From the NCBI GenBank assembly GCA_964202905.1, contig CAXNJO010000002.1, forward strand, positions 384,001 through 448,000: 64,000 bases of DNA. The letters are read 5' to 3'. Below, piece by piece: positions 20,246 to 30,605 of the stretch (positions are counted from its first letter, which is position 1; every line of letters begins with the position of its first letter). Made by a program: the position numbers and the translations under genes. The notes under the pieces are model-generated. The model was not told the origin of the DNA and searched no databases. It saw nothing but the letters and a program-made list of their open reading frames with translations. The stretch is from Polyangiales bacterium. GTDB lineage: Bacteria > Myxococcota_A > Polyangia > Polyangiales > JADJQN01.

Positions 20246-20818
20246 ATGTCGGCGCGCGACGGGTTCATGAACGCGATGATCGAGGGCGTGCTCGCCCTGC
20301 CCTACGACCTCAAGGCGCTCCTCCGCCTCGTCGAGGACCCGGACCTCGACGACGAGAGCCGGATCGACGCCGCGGGCGGCCTGATCCACGTGCTCTCGGG
20401 CTCGAACGCGATCCCCGGTGTGCGTGGCTTGCTCGCGTACGTGGACGACGTGCTCGTGCTGCGCCTGCTCGTCGAGCGCATCGCGCGGCGCTCGCCGGAC
20501 GCGCTCGCGCGGCACTCGGACGAGTCCTCGCGACTGCTCGAGTCGTGGGACGCGCACCTCGGCGCGTCGCGCGCCTACCTGGGCGAGCTGATGACCGTGC
20601 TCGAACGCGCGGCCGACGGCTGCCGCACGCTCGTCTACGAGGGGCACGACGCGGCCGCCTGCGCGCACGACACCGCGGGCGCGAACTGGCTCTACGACGA
20701 GATCCAGGAGCGCGTGCTGAAGCTGGACTTCGCGGAGGACGACGTGGCGCGCGCGCTGCGCGGGCTCGACCAGGTGCTGCCGCAGCTGCGCACGCGGATC
20801 GCGGCGAGGCCGGCGTGA
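20246..20818 (+). CDS. Hypothetical protein, YkvA/DUF1232-like
   Basis: AIPGVRGLLAYVDDVLVL resembles the DUF1232 D.IP...G..DD motif. Confidence 0.55.
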   Translation: MSARDGFMNAMIEGVLALPYDLKALLRLVEDPDLDDESRIDAAGGLIHVLSGSNAIPGVRGLLAYVDDVLVLRLLVERIARRSPDALARHSDESSRLLESWDAHLGASRAYLGELMTVLERAADGCRTLVYEGHDAAACAHDTAGANWLYDEIQERVLKLDFAEDDVARALRGLDQVLPQLRTRIAARPA

Positions 20819-21315
20819 CGCGCACGCCGCGGAGCCGGTCGGCGCCGACGACGCGGGGGCTCCTCGCGCTCGTCGCTGCGCTCGTCGGGGCAGGAGGCGC
20901 GGGCGGCTGCACGGTCGACACCGAGCTCGGCCTCGCAGCAGAAGTCACGGACGCGGCGCTGATCGTCGATCCCGGCACGGACCGCTACACGGCGCGCGTG
21001 AGCGTCGCGTTCCGCGTCGGCGAGAACGCGCGCGGGGTGCGGGAGTTCGTGCCGCTGCGCGTCGACGCCGAGGCGGGCGGGACCATCGCGACCGCCTCGA
21101 GTTTCGCGCGGCCCCCCGGTTTCTCCGGCACGCTCTCGCCCGGTGACGCGCGAACGGTGACGTTCACCGGCGAGTGCCTCGGGGGCTGCAACGCGGCCGC
21201 GCTCTGCGCCGCGGGTGGCACGGTGCCGATCGATTTCTTCTGGGAGGACCGCGGCGTGACGCCACCGGAGCTCGGCCAGACGACCGGCACCGCGACCGTC
21301 GCCTGCACGCCCTGA
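20815..21315 (+). CDS. Hypothetical lipoprotein
   Basis: GTGA overlap with upstream stop; hydrophobic N-terminus ending AGGC. Confidence 0.6.
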   Translation: MTRTPRSRSAPTTRGLLALVAALVGAGGAGGCTVDTELGLAAEVTDAALIVDPGTDRYTARVSVAFRVGENARGVREFVPLRVDAEAGGTIATASSFARPPGFSGTLSPGDARTVTFTGECLGGCNAAALCAAGGTVPIDFFWEDRGVTPPELGQTTGTATVACTP

Positions 21316-21384
21316 GGCACGCATCCGCGCGGCGGGCGAGCACGAGGCCGCGCACGGCGCTCGGGGCCGCACGTGCAGCCGGGT

Positions 21385-23358
21385 TCAGCCCACGAAGGCT
21401 GCCGTCTCCGACGCAGACCACGGCGCATCCGCGGCGGCGGCCGGGTCCGCGCCCGACTCCGCGAAGAGCAGCGCGGAGAGCGCCGCGTCGTCGAGCGCGG
21501 CGTCCGCGTCGAGCAGCGCATCGGTGCGCGCGTGCGCCGCGGCGAGCGCGGAGAGCACCTCGTCGAGCACGGCGGACGGCAGGAGGCGCGCGACGCACGA
21601 CGCATCCCGGTGCGCGCGCGCGTCGAGGGCGTCCACGACGGGCGCGAGCGCGCGGTCGGCGTCGCTGCCGCGTCGCACCACGACCCGCAGCGACGGGACC
21701 GCCGCAGCGGCGGGCCCCTGCGCGCCGTCGGGCAAGACGAGGTCCAGCGCGACGAGCCCATCCGGCGTGTGCACCGGCTCGACGCACAGTCGGGGACGCG
21801 CGAGGCGGGGCCCCGCCGAGGCGACGCGCAGCGACAGCGCGAACGGCGCGTCCTCGCTCGCGCGCAACTCGCCAGCGAGCTCGCGCAACGACAGGAATTC
21901 GATGGGCGCGGAGGCCGGCCGCGCCCGACGCGTGAGCACGGCGAGCGGGACCGCGGCGAGGACGCCCGCGAGCGCCACGAGGGGCGCGACGTGCGGCGGC
22001 GCGAGCGCGTGGAGCCGCACGACGAGGGCAGCCCCGATCAGCAGCGCGAGCCAGCCGAGCGGTGTCGTCGCGTCGAGGAGCGCGTCCGTCGTCAGCCAAC
22101 GCGAGCGCCACGCGGCGCGCGTCGCGGCGCGCAGATCTGCGGACGTCGCGGCGCGATCGGCGTCCGGGGCCCCGCTCTCGCGCGGCGCAGCGTCCTCGCG
22201 CGGCGCGGCGGTGCCGAGGAGAAGCGCGACGATCAGCGTGAGCGGGACGACCGCGAGCGCGGGATGCGCGCCCGCCGCGAGGGCCGTCGCCGCGACGAGG
22301 GCGAGGAGCGCGAGGGCGCGCGTCCGCCCCGCGAGGGCGACGAGCGGCCGCACCGCGAGCGCGTCACGGGCGAGCGCCGCGCGCCGCGCGCGCAGGGTGA
22401 GCGCGCCCGCGAGGAGCACGGCGAGCGACGCTGCGAGGGCGGTGGGCCAGGCGGGGGTGGGCGCCCGCTGCGGTCCCTCAGCCGGGGCGCGGACCGATTG
22501 GCGCAGGGCGGGCGCGAGCCCCGACGCCGGCACGTCGGCGGCCACCGTCCACGGCGTCGTGCGCGGCAGGTGCGGACGCCGCCAGCGGAGCCGGGTGCGG
22601 CCCTCGGCATGCGCTTCGTCGTACTGCGCGGCGCGGGCCTCGGCGGCGTCGCCGGCGTGGACGCGCGTCGCCCGGCCGGGCACGTCGAGGGTGATCTCCA
22701 CGCCGTCGAGGCCCGTCTCCCAGGGCGGGAGGGTCCAGCGGACGCGGACACGGTCCCCGTCGCTGCTCGCCTCCGTGGCGCGGTGCGCGAGCGAGACGTC
22801 GTAGGCGAGCGCGACGTCGTAGGCGCCGCGTCGGGGCGAGCCGCGCCGCGGGAACGCCAGCTGGACGCGGGTCGTCCCATCGGCGTCCGGGCGCAGCGTG
22901 ACGGATGGCGCGTAGACCGCGCCGTCCTCGCCCGTCACGAGGGCCGGCGCAGCGGTGTCGAGCGTGAGCGCCGGATCGAGCCCCGCGAGCTCGAGCCCCT
23001 CGAGCCAGCCGGCGTGCACGCGCACGCTGACGTGGAGCGCGACGTGCGCGCGACCATCCGGCTGCACGCGGACATCGGCCTTCACGGAGCGCACGCTCGC
23101 GTCCGTCCACGCGGCGGCGCGCGAGGGCGCGAACGAGCCGGCCAGCAGCAGCAGGGCCAGCAGCGACAAGGCGAGCCGAGCGCTCGGCGCAGCGTCGCCG
23201 AGCTGAGGCGTCGCCACCGCGGGGCGCAGCGAGGCAGGCTCCGGCGCGCGGAGGACCGACGCCGCGCGGCGCGACGTCGTCGACACGCGCACCCACGCGC
23301 ACGGCGCGGTCCCCCCGCCCGGACGGTCCACGCGCGCGTTACCCGGCGGCCTCGGCAT
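21385..23358 (-). CDS. Hypothetical membrane protein with N-terminal extracytoplasmic domain (DUF2207-like) and multiple TM helices
   Basis: Signal-like LALSLLALLLLAG, beta-rich domain (DVRVQPDG...WTLPPW), then hydrophobic helices; true start probably downstream of 23358. Confidence 0.6.
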   Translation of the reverse strand: MPRPPGNARVDRPGGGTAPCAWVRVSTTSRRAASVLRAPEPASLRPAVATPQLGDAAPSARLALSLLALLLLAGSFAPSRAAAWTDASVRSVKADVRVQPDGRAHVALHVSVRVHAGWLEGLELAGLDPALTLDTAAPALVTGEDGAVYAPSVTLRPDADGTTRVQLAFPRRGSPRRGAYDVALAYDVSLAHRATEASSDGDRVRVRWTLPPWETGLDGVEITLDVPGRATRVHAGDAAEARAAQYDEAHAEGRTRLRWRRPHLPRTTPWTVAADVPASGLAPALRQSVRAPAEGPQRAPTPAWPTALAASLAVLLAGALTLRARRAALARDALAVRPLVALAGRTRALALLALVAATALAAGAHPALAVVPLTLIVALLLGTAAPREDAAPRESGAPDADRAATSADLRAATRAAWRSRWLTTDALLDATTPLGWLALLIGAALVVRLHALAPPHVAPLVALAGVLAAVPLAVLTRRARPASAPIEFLSLRELAGELRASEDAPFALSLRVASAGPRLARPRLCVEPVHTPDGLVALDLVLPDGAQGPAAAAVPSLRVVVRRGSDADRALAPVVDALDARAHRDASCVARLLPSAVLDEVLSALAAAHARTDALLDADAALDDAALSALLFAESGADPAAAADAPWSASETAAFVG

Positions 23359-23424
23359 CGGGCGCGAAGCTACCGATCGGCGCGTGATCGCCGAAGTTTT
23401 CGGCAGGGCATCGCCCCGCTGTGC

Positions 23425-24045
23425 TCAGACGCCGAGCGCGCGCGCGAGGGCGTCGAGGCGGGTCTCGAGGCGGGCGTCCACCGTGCCGAGCTCCGTCTCG
23501 ACGAGACACCCTCCGCGCGCGATCGCAGGGTCGGCGCGCACCGCGAACGCCCCCGGACGCCCGGCCCGCGCCGCGACCTCCGCCCGCAGCGCCTCGACCA
23601 CCGGCGCATCGTTCGGGTGCACGCGGACCACGACCTCGCGGGCACGGCGCGCGCGCGACACGCCTTCGGCGACGATCGCTGCGATCCGCGCGGGTTCGTC
23701 GGTGAGCCGCTCGACGAAGAGCCGCTCGGCGGCGGCGAGCGCCACCCGCGCGAGCGCCTGCTCGGCCTCGGCGAGCGCGCCGTCCCGGAGCGCCCGGGCC
23801 TCGATGCACGCCGCAGCAGCCTCTGCGTGGCCCGCTGCGCGACCGGCCTCGCGCGCCGTGGCGACCTCGTCCGCGGCAGCGCCATGGGCTGTCGCCCGGA
23901 TCGCCTCGGCCTCCGCATGCGCGTCGGCCAGGATCCGCGCGGCCTCGGCGCGGGCTGCGACGATCTCCGCGGGGATGCGCCGCGGCGCGACGAACAGAGG
24001 TGCCTCGGTGCTCGGACGCGGCCCACCACGCAGAATCCGGCTCAC
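23425..24045 (-). CDS. sctL: FliH/SctL-family type III secretion stator protein
   Basis: A.RIL..A..EAE.I, AREAGRAAG (GxxxG), VVVRVHP.D, ADP.I.RGGCLVETELG.VDARLETRL; GTG start overlaps upstream TGA. Confidence 0.85.
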   Translation of the reverse strand: MSRILRGGPRPSTEAPLFVAPRRIPAEIVAARAEAARILADAHAEAEAIRATAHGAAADEVATAREAGRAAGHAEAAAACIEARALRDGALAEAEQALARVALAAAERLFVERLTDEPARIAAIVAEGVSRARRAREVVVRVHPNDAPVVEALRAEVAARAGRPGAFAVRADPAIARGGCLVETELGTVDARLETRLDALARALGV

Positions 24046-24888
24046 ACGCGCCTCCCCGCGCGCGCGGGTAGCGCCGGCACGCCCTCGACCGCCGCGAGCT
24101 CCCGCGCGAGCCGCCGCCAGCGCCGCGTTCGTCCGTCGCCCTGCGCGTCGCGTTCCCGCGTGTCGCCGCTCTCGAGCGCACCCGCCATCGCGCCGAGCGC
24201 GCGCACCCGCTCCGGCGGCGCAGCGTCCCGCATCGCCGCCGCGAGGAGCGCCGCGACGAGGCCGCGCTCGTGTCGTCCGGAGGCGTCGTCCGCGCGGTCC
24301 GTTCCCGCGCTGGGCGCCAGCGGCAAGCGCTGCGCCGACGGCAGCAGCTGCACGAGCGCGAGCACCGCGCCCGCCTCCTCGGGCTCGAGCGTCGCGACGA
24401 GCGACCGCGCCGCGCGCTCCGTGTCGCCAGCCAGCGCGTCCGCGAGCAGGGCCCGACCCCGCCCGAGTTCCCGCGCCGCGACCGCCGGGTCCCCGTCGCA
24501 CGCGGCGTGCGCCGACGCGCGCAGCACCGCGCGCAACCCCTCCCCGGCGACGAAGCCGCGACGCGGCGCGGGCGCCTCGCGCAGCCCCTTCACCGAGCCC
24601 TTCGCGCGGCACCTCGGCGGCGAGCAGCGCGCGCGCCCGCCCGGGTAGGCGCGCCGCCCCGCCCACCGCGACGCGACGAAGGCCCGCCGCGACGTCGCGC
24701 AGCGCGTCGATCCGCGCCCCGCGCGGGTGCGCCTCGAGGACCGCCGCCACGTCGGCGACATGCGACGCGAGCCCCGCGGCGAGCACCGGACGCGCACGCG
24801 CCGCGCCGCGGTCCCCGGCGAGTTCCGCAGCGAGCAGCAGCCCGTGCGCCAGCTCTTCCGCGAGCACCCGGCTTTCCCGGTTCGACAT
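24042..24888 (-). pseudogene. Frameshifted hypothetical helical protein immediately upstream of sctL (SctK-like position)
   Basis: MSNRESRVLAEE... in one frame switches near 24600 to the 24042..24797 frame (LREAPAPRRGF...); may be a sequencing error. Confidence 0.5.
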
Positions 24889-24966
24889 GGGCGACCGATA
24901 CCACGCGCGCGCGGCGTCTGGCGAGCGACGCGGTGCGGCCCTCCGGAGGGCTGCTAGGGTCTCCCG

Positions 24967-25953
24967 GTGCCACCGACCCTCGCGGCCCCGGCGTCCGCTT
25001 TGCACCGCGTCGGGCGGGGCCCTCGGCCCGCACGCGCGGCGGCGTGGCTCGCAGGGCTGCTCGTCGCGGGCGCCCTCGCGGCGCCGGCTGCGACCGCCCG
25101 CGCGCAGGACATGGGCCCGGTCGACTGCGACCCGCCCGTCCTGCTCGGGCCACTCGAGTTCTTCCCGGCCTCGGGCGCGGGTGGCGTCGCGCTCGATGCC
25201 CCCGTGCGGATCCGTTACACGCCGGGCTTCTTCGCGGTGTGGCGTGACCCGCTCACGCGCCTCCTCGAGGTGCGGGACGCCGCGGACGCGCCCGTCCCCG
25301 GCGCGATCACGGTGCTCGGCGACACGCTCGTCTTCCGCCCCGACGCGCCGTGGCAGCCCGGCGCCGCGTACCGCGGCACCGCCTTCGGCATCGACATCCT
25401 GCAGGCGCGCTTCGCGTTCCGCACTGGGTTCGTCGTCGATCGCGAGCCGCCGCGCTTCGAGGGCAGGCCCACGCTGAGCTCGGCGCGCGTCGATGCGCGT
25501 CCGTGCGCGGACGCCGGCGGCTTCCGCATCGACGTCTCCGTCGCGCCGGCGACGGACCCCGACGGAGCGCAGGGCGACCTCGAATACCTGCTCTTCCAGA
25601 CCCGCGGGCCCGACGTCGCGCAGCCGATCCTGCGCGCGCGGGCGCGGAACTTCGCCGGCCCGTCCATCCCGCTCGCGTTCACGCTCACGCCGCGCGAGGC
25701 CGCCGCGCCCATCTGCGTGGCGGTCCTCGCCGTCGATGGCGCGGGGCACGCCGTCGAAGGCCCGGGCGCGTGCATCGACCCCGTGCAGGGCAACTACTTC
25801 GCGCCGCTCTGCAGCGCGGGGCTCCCCGGGGCACGTCCGAGCCGCACGCACGGCGGCGCAGCGGGCGCGCTCGCCGCGATCGGTGCCGCGCTCTGCGTGC
25901 GTGCGGCGCGGCGCAGGGCCCGCGTGTGCAGAACTGCCGCGGAGGTTGCGTGA
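24967..25953 (+). CDS. Secreted Ig-like domain protein with MYXO-CTERM-like C-terminal anchor
   Basis: Signal peptide ..ARAQ; FPASGAGGVALDAPVRI (Big_5-like); C-terminal CSAG...hydrophobic...RRRAR. Confidence 0.6.
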   Translation: MPPTLAAPASALHRVGRGPRPARAAAWLAGLLVAGALAAPAATARAQDMGPVDCDPPVLLGPLEFFPASGAGGVALDAPVRIRYTPGFFAVWRDPLTRLLEVRDAADAPVPGAITVLGDTLVFRPDAPWQPGAAYRGTAFGIDILQARFAFRTGFVVDREPPRFEGRPTLSSARVDARPCADAGGFRIDVSVAPATDPDGAQGDLEYLLFQTRGPDVAQPILRARARNFAGPSIPLAFTLTPREAAAPICVAVLAVDGAGHAVEGPGACIDPVQGNYFAPLCSAGLPGARPSRTHGGAAGALAAIGAALCVRAARRRARVCRTAAEVA

Positions 25954-25981
25954 GCGACGCTTTCCCGTACACCGCGGCCCC

Positions 25982-27604
<1,623 letters not shown>

Positions 27605-27678
27605 GCCCGCAGGCCGCAGCCGCGACGACGGGATGCCCCGTCGCGGCGCGGTGCGACTGGCTGGGCCGAGTGGGCGGT

Positions 27679-27781
27679 TCGACTGCACGGCCAGTGCAAC
27701 AGCATCGGGATCGCAAGTGCATCACCGATGTCAAGAGCATCACCGATGCAACTGTATCGTGCATGCACCTCCGTGGCCGCT
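27679..27781. repeat. Degenerate ~17-bp tandem array (GCAAnwGCATC core) between convergent genes
   Basis: GCAACAGCATCGGGATC / GCAAGTGCATCACCGAT / GTCAAGAGCATCACCGAT / GCAACTGTATCGTGCAT at 27696, 27713, 27730 and 27748. Confidence 0.7.
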
Positions 27782-27851
27782 GCGACCGAGTTGTGGTGCC
27801 GCGGTGCCGCAGAGCCCGCGGTGCCGCGGAGCCAGCGCGGACGTGGGTCGC

Positions 27852-28892
27852 TCAGCGGCGGCGCACCGAGGCGGCGTGGACGGCGACCTGCCCGAGGCCC
27901 GAGACGCCGCAGAGGGCGAGGACGGTGGCCTCGAGCACGACCTCCGGCGGCACGCGGCTCCCCTTCAGCGCGGCGTCCGTGTCCGCGAGGATGCGGAAGG
28001 CTGCCGCGAGCGCGGGCCCCCCGAGGCGCCGGGCCGCGGCCTCGAGCTCCCGCGCCTTGAACGGCGGCGCGCCGGCGGCCTTCGTCGCGTCGGGCCCGCG
28101 CAGCCCCTGATCGAGCGCGTCGCGCATGCGACTCACGATGCGGAGCTGGCGCGCGACCATCGCGAGGATGCGGAGCGGCGGCTCGCGGTCGGCGAGCAGC
28201 GAGCGCGCGGCGCGGATGGCGGTCCGCCCGTCCTGGGCGCTCACCGCGTCGACGAGGGCGAAGATGGTGTCGACGCGGACCCGCGTGATGCAGGCCTCGA
28301 CCGCGTCGATCCCGATCGGGCGGCCCGCGCCGACGAAGAGCGAGAGGCGCTCGATCGCGTCGTCGAGCGCGCCGAGGTCGGAGCCGATCGCGTCGGCGAG
28401 CGCGTCGGCCGCGTCGGGGGCGAGCGCGTGGCCGCGGTCCTTGGTCTCGCGCAGCGCGAAGGTGCGGAGCGCGGGGCCCTTGACCTCCTTCGCCTCCGTG
28501 AGCGCGCCGCTCTTCTGGACGGCCTTCGCGAAGCGCGTGCGGCCGTCGAGCTTCTCCGCGGTCGCGACGAGGCAGGTCGTCGGCGACGGCTCCCCGACGT
28601 AGGCCGCGAGCTGGTCGAGCTCCGCGGCCGCGAACTCGTCGACGTCGCGCACGAGCACGAAGCGCGCCGGCCCCATCATCGGCACCGTCCGCGCGGCCCG
28701 CACGACCGTCTGCGCGAGCGTCCCCTTGCCCTGGTAGAGGTCGTCGTTGAAGCCACGCGGCCCGTCTCCGACCGTGGCGATCTTCAGCAGCCGCACCGCG
28801 CGCTCGACCAGGAAGCGCTCGCCACCGGTGACGACGTGAACGGGGCGGAATCGACCCGCGCGCGCCTCGCGGATCAGCTCGTCGATCTCCAT
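27852..28892 (-). CDS. holA: DNA polymerase III subunit delta
   Basis: PVHVVTGGERFL, FN.D...G, T.PMM...R.VLV, IG.DL..L...IE.L.L, IF.LVDAV, D..LKGS. Confidence 0.88.
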   Translation of the reverse strand: MEIDELIREARAGRFRPVHVVTGGERFLVERAVRLLKIATVGDGPRGFNDDLYQGKGTLAQTVVRAARTVPMMGPARFVLVRDVDEFAAAELDQLAAYVGEPSPTTCLVATAEKLDGRTRFAKAVQKSGALTEAKEVKGPALRTFALRETKDRGHALAPDAADALADAIGSDLGALDDAIERLSLFVGAGRPIGIDAVEACITRVRVDTIFALVDAVSAQDGRTAIRAARSLLADREPPLRILAMVARQLRIVSRMRDALDQGLRGPDATKAAGAPPFKARELEAAARRLGGPALAAAFRILADTDAALKGSRVPPEVVLEATVLALCGVSGLGQVAVHAASVRRR

Positions 28893-28899
28893 CCGGGGC

Positions 28900-29478
28900 T
28901 CAGTCCCGCGGGCGGGCGCGCGTGTCGTCGTCCGAGAACGACACCGTGCCCGACCGCTGGACCTCTTCGCCGATCATGTCGAACGTCGCGCGGCCGACCT
29001 CTTCGCGACGCACGGTGACGACGAGCTCCATGCGGCGGTTGGGCTTGAACTTCGGGCGCTCGAGGCGGATGCGCTGCACGTAGGTCTTCTGGGTGCGGTC
29101 GTTGACGTAGGTGCTGAGGTCGTCGACGAAACGCCGCGCGCCGTCCGTCAGATCGTAGAAGAGGACGTGGAACTCGAGGTCCCCGGGGGGGCCGTTGAAC
29201 GCGATGACGAGGTCGCCGAGCCAGCGGCGCTGCGGGATCGGCTCGCTCGTCGTCTCCATGAGCCGGCGCGCGCTGCGGCCGCGCGCGAAGCCGAGAAGGG
29301 CCCGCTCGGAGAGGTTGCGCGGGATCTGCGCCTGCACGAGGAAGACCTGCGCGCGGCCGCGCCGCTGCGCGTCGACGCGGTGCGCGAGCGGACCCGCGGA
29401 CGCGAAGAGCACGCCGAGGAGGGCGAGCGCGCCCGCGAGCGCGAGGGCGACGGGAGCGGGAGGACGGCGGAGCATCAT
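28900..29478 (-). CDS. Exported hypothetical protein
   Basis: Signal peptide, coding-like codon usage, 7 bp upstream of holA. Confidence 0.65.
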   Translation of the reverse strand: MMLRRPPAPVALALAGALALLGVLFASAGPLAHRVDAQRRGRAQVFLVQAQIPRNLSERALLGFARGRSARRLMETTSEPIPQRRWLGDLVIAFNGPPGDLEFHVLFYDLTDGARRFVDDLSTYVNDRTQKTYVQRIRLERPKFKPNRRMELVVTVRREEVGRATFDMIGEEVQRSGTVSFSDDDTRARPRD

Positions 29479-29630
29479 GGACGGCACCTCGGGCGGCGGG
29501 CGGTCGTGGAGGAGAGCGGCGTGGAAGGTAGACGAAGCAGCCGGAGAGATCGACCCCGGCGGCGGCCTCCGCAGCGGGCGCCGCGTCGGACGGCGCAGCC
29601 CCCCGCGCGATTCGATCGCGCGGCGCGAGA

Positions 29631-29680
29631 CAGCGAGGCAGCGAGGCAGCGAGGCAGCGAGGCAGCGACGCAGCGAGGCA
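29631..29680. repeat. 8-bp tandem repeat (CAGCGAGG)x6 in divergent intergenic region
   Basis: Five perfect copies and one variant (CAGCGACG). Confidence 0.9.
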
Positions 29681-29733
29681 AGGGCCCGCCTTGATCGCGG
29701 CGGGACCGCGGGACCAACCTTGACGCGCACGCG

Positions 29734-30594
29734 ATGCCCGCCGACTCCCCGCCGCTCGACGCGCTCGTCACGCTGCTCGCCGGCCTCCGCGTCGCCGTCC
29801 TCACCGGGGCCGGATGCAGCACCGAGTCCGGCATCCCCGACTACCGCGGCGAGGGGACGCGCGCGCGGGCGCGCAGCCCGATCGAGCACCGGGCCTTCGT
29901 CGCGGACCCGGGCGCGCGGCGCCGGTACTGGGCGCGCTCCGTCGTCGGCTGGGAGCGCTTCTCGCGGGCGCGGCCGAACGCGGGCCACCTCGCGCTCGCG
30001 GCGCTCGAGCGGGGCGGGGTCGTGTGCGGCGTGATCACGCAGAACGTCGACCGCCTGCACCACGCCGCGGGCTCCCGGCGCGTCGTGGAGCTGCACGGGG
30101 CGCTCGCCGAGGTGCGCTGCCTCGGCTGCGCCGCACGCGAGGATCGCGAGGCCTTGCAGGGGCGCCTCCGCGCGCTCAACCCAGGCTTCGACCCGGGCCG
30201 CGCGACGATCGCGCCCGACGGCGACGCCGACCTCGACGACGAGGCCGTGCGCGCGTTCCTCGTCGCGGACTGCCGCGCGTGCGGCGGCGTCCTGAAGCCG
30301 GACGTCGTGTTCTTCGGCGACAACGTGCCGAAGGTGACCACCGACGCCGCGTTCGCGCTGCTCGAGGAGGGCGAGGCGCTGCTCGTGGTCGGCACCTCGC
30401 TCGCGGTCTTCTCGGGGTTCCGCTTCGTGCGGCGCGCGGCGGAGCGCGGCATCCCGATCGCGATCGTCAACCTCGCGGAGACGCGCGGAGACGCGCTCGC
30501 GACGCTGCGGCTCGGTGCGGCCGCCGGCGCCGTGCTGCCCGCCCTCGCGGACGCGCTCCTCGCCCCCGCGCGCGGCCCGCAGCCCGCGCCGTAA
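29734..30594 (+). CDS. NAD-dependent protein deacylase (Sir2 family, SIRT4-like)
   Basis: [29 protein letters not shown], two Cxx[20 protein letters not shown]. Confidence 0.93.
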   Translation: MPADSPPLDALVTLLAGLRVAVLTGAGCSTESGIPDYRGEGTRARARSPIEHRAFVADPGARRRYWARSVVGWERFSRARPNAGHLALAALERGGVVCGVITQNVDRLHHAAGSRRVVELHGALAEVRCLGCAAREDREALQGRLRALNPGFDPGRATIAPDGDADLDDEAVRAFLVADCRACGGVLKPDVVFFGDNVPKVTTDAAFALLEEGEALLVVGTSLAVFSGFRFVRRAAERGIPIAIVNLAETRGDALATLRLGAAAGAVLPALADALLAPARGPQPAP

Positions 30595-30605
30595 ACGCCC
30601 GTCCA

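Noticed and set aside
28900..29478. Gene upstream of holA might be lptE
   Set aside because: No lipobox cysteine or recognisable LptE features
29734..30594. Sir2 protein as an anti-phage defence component (Thoeris/DSR/Sir2-HerA)
   Set aside because: Has the zinc-binding CxxC pairs and motifs of a housekeeping deacylase, and no defence partner genes nearby
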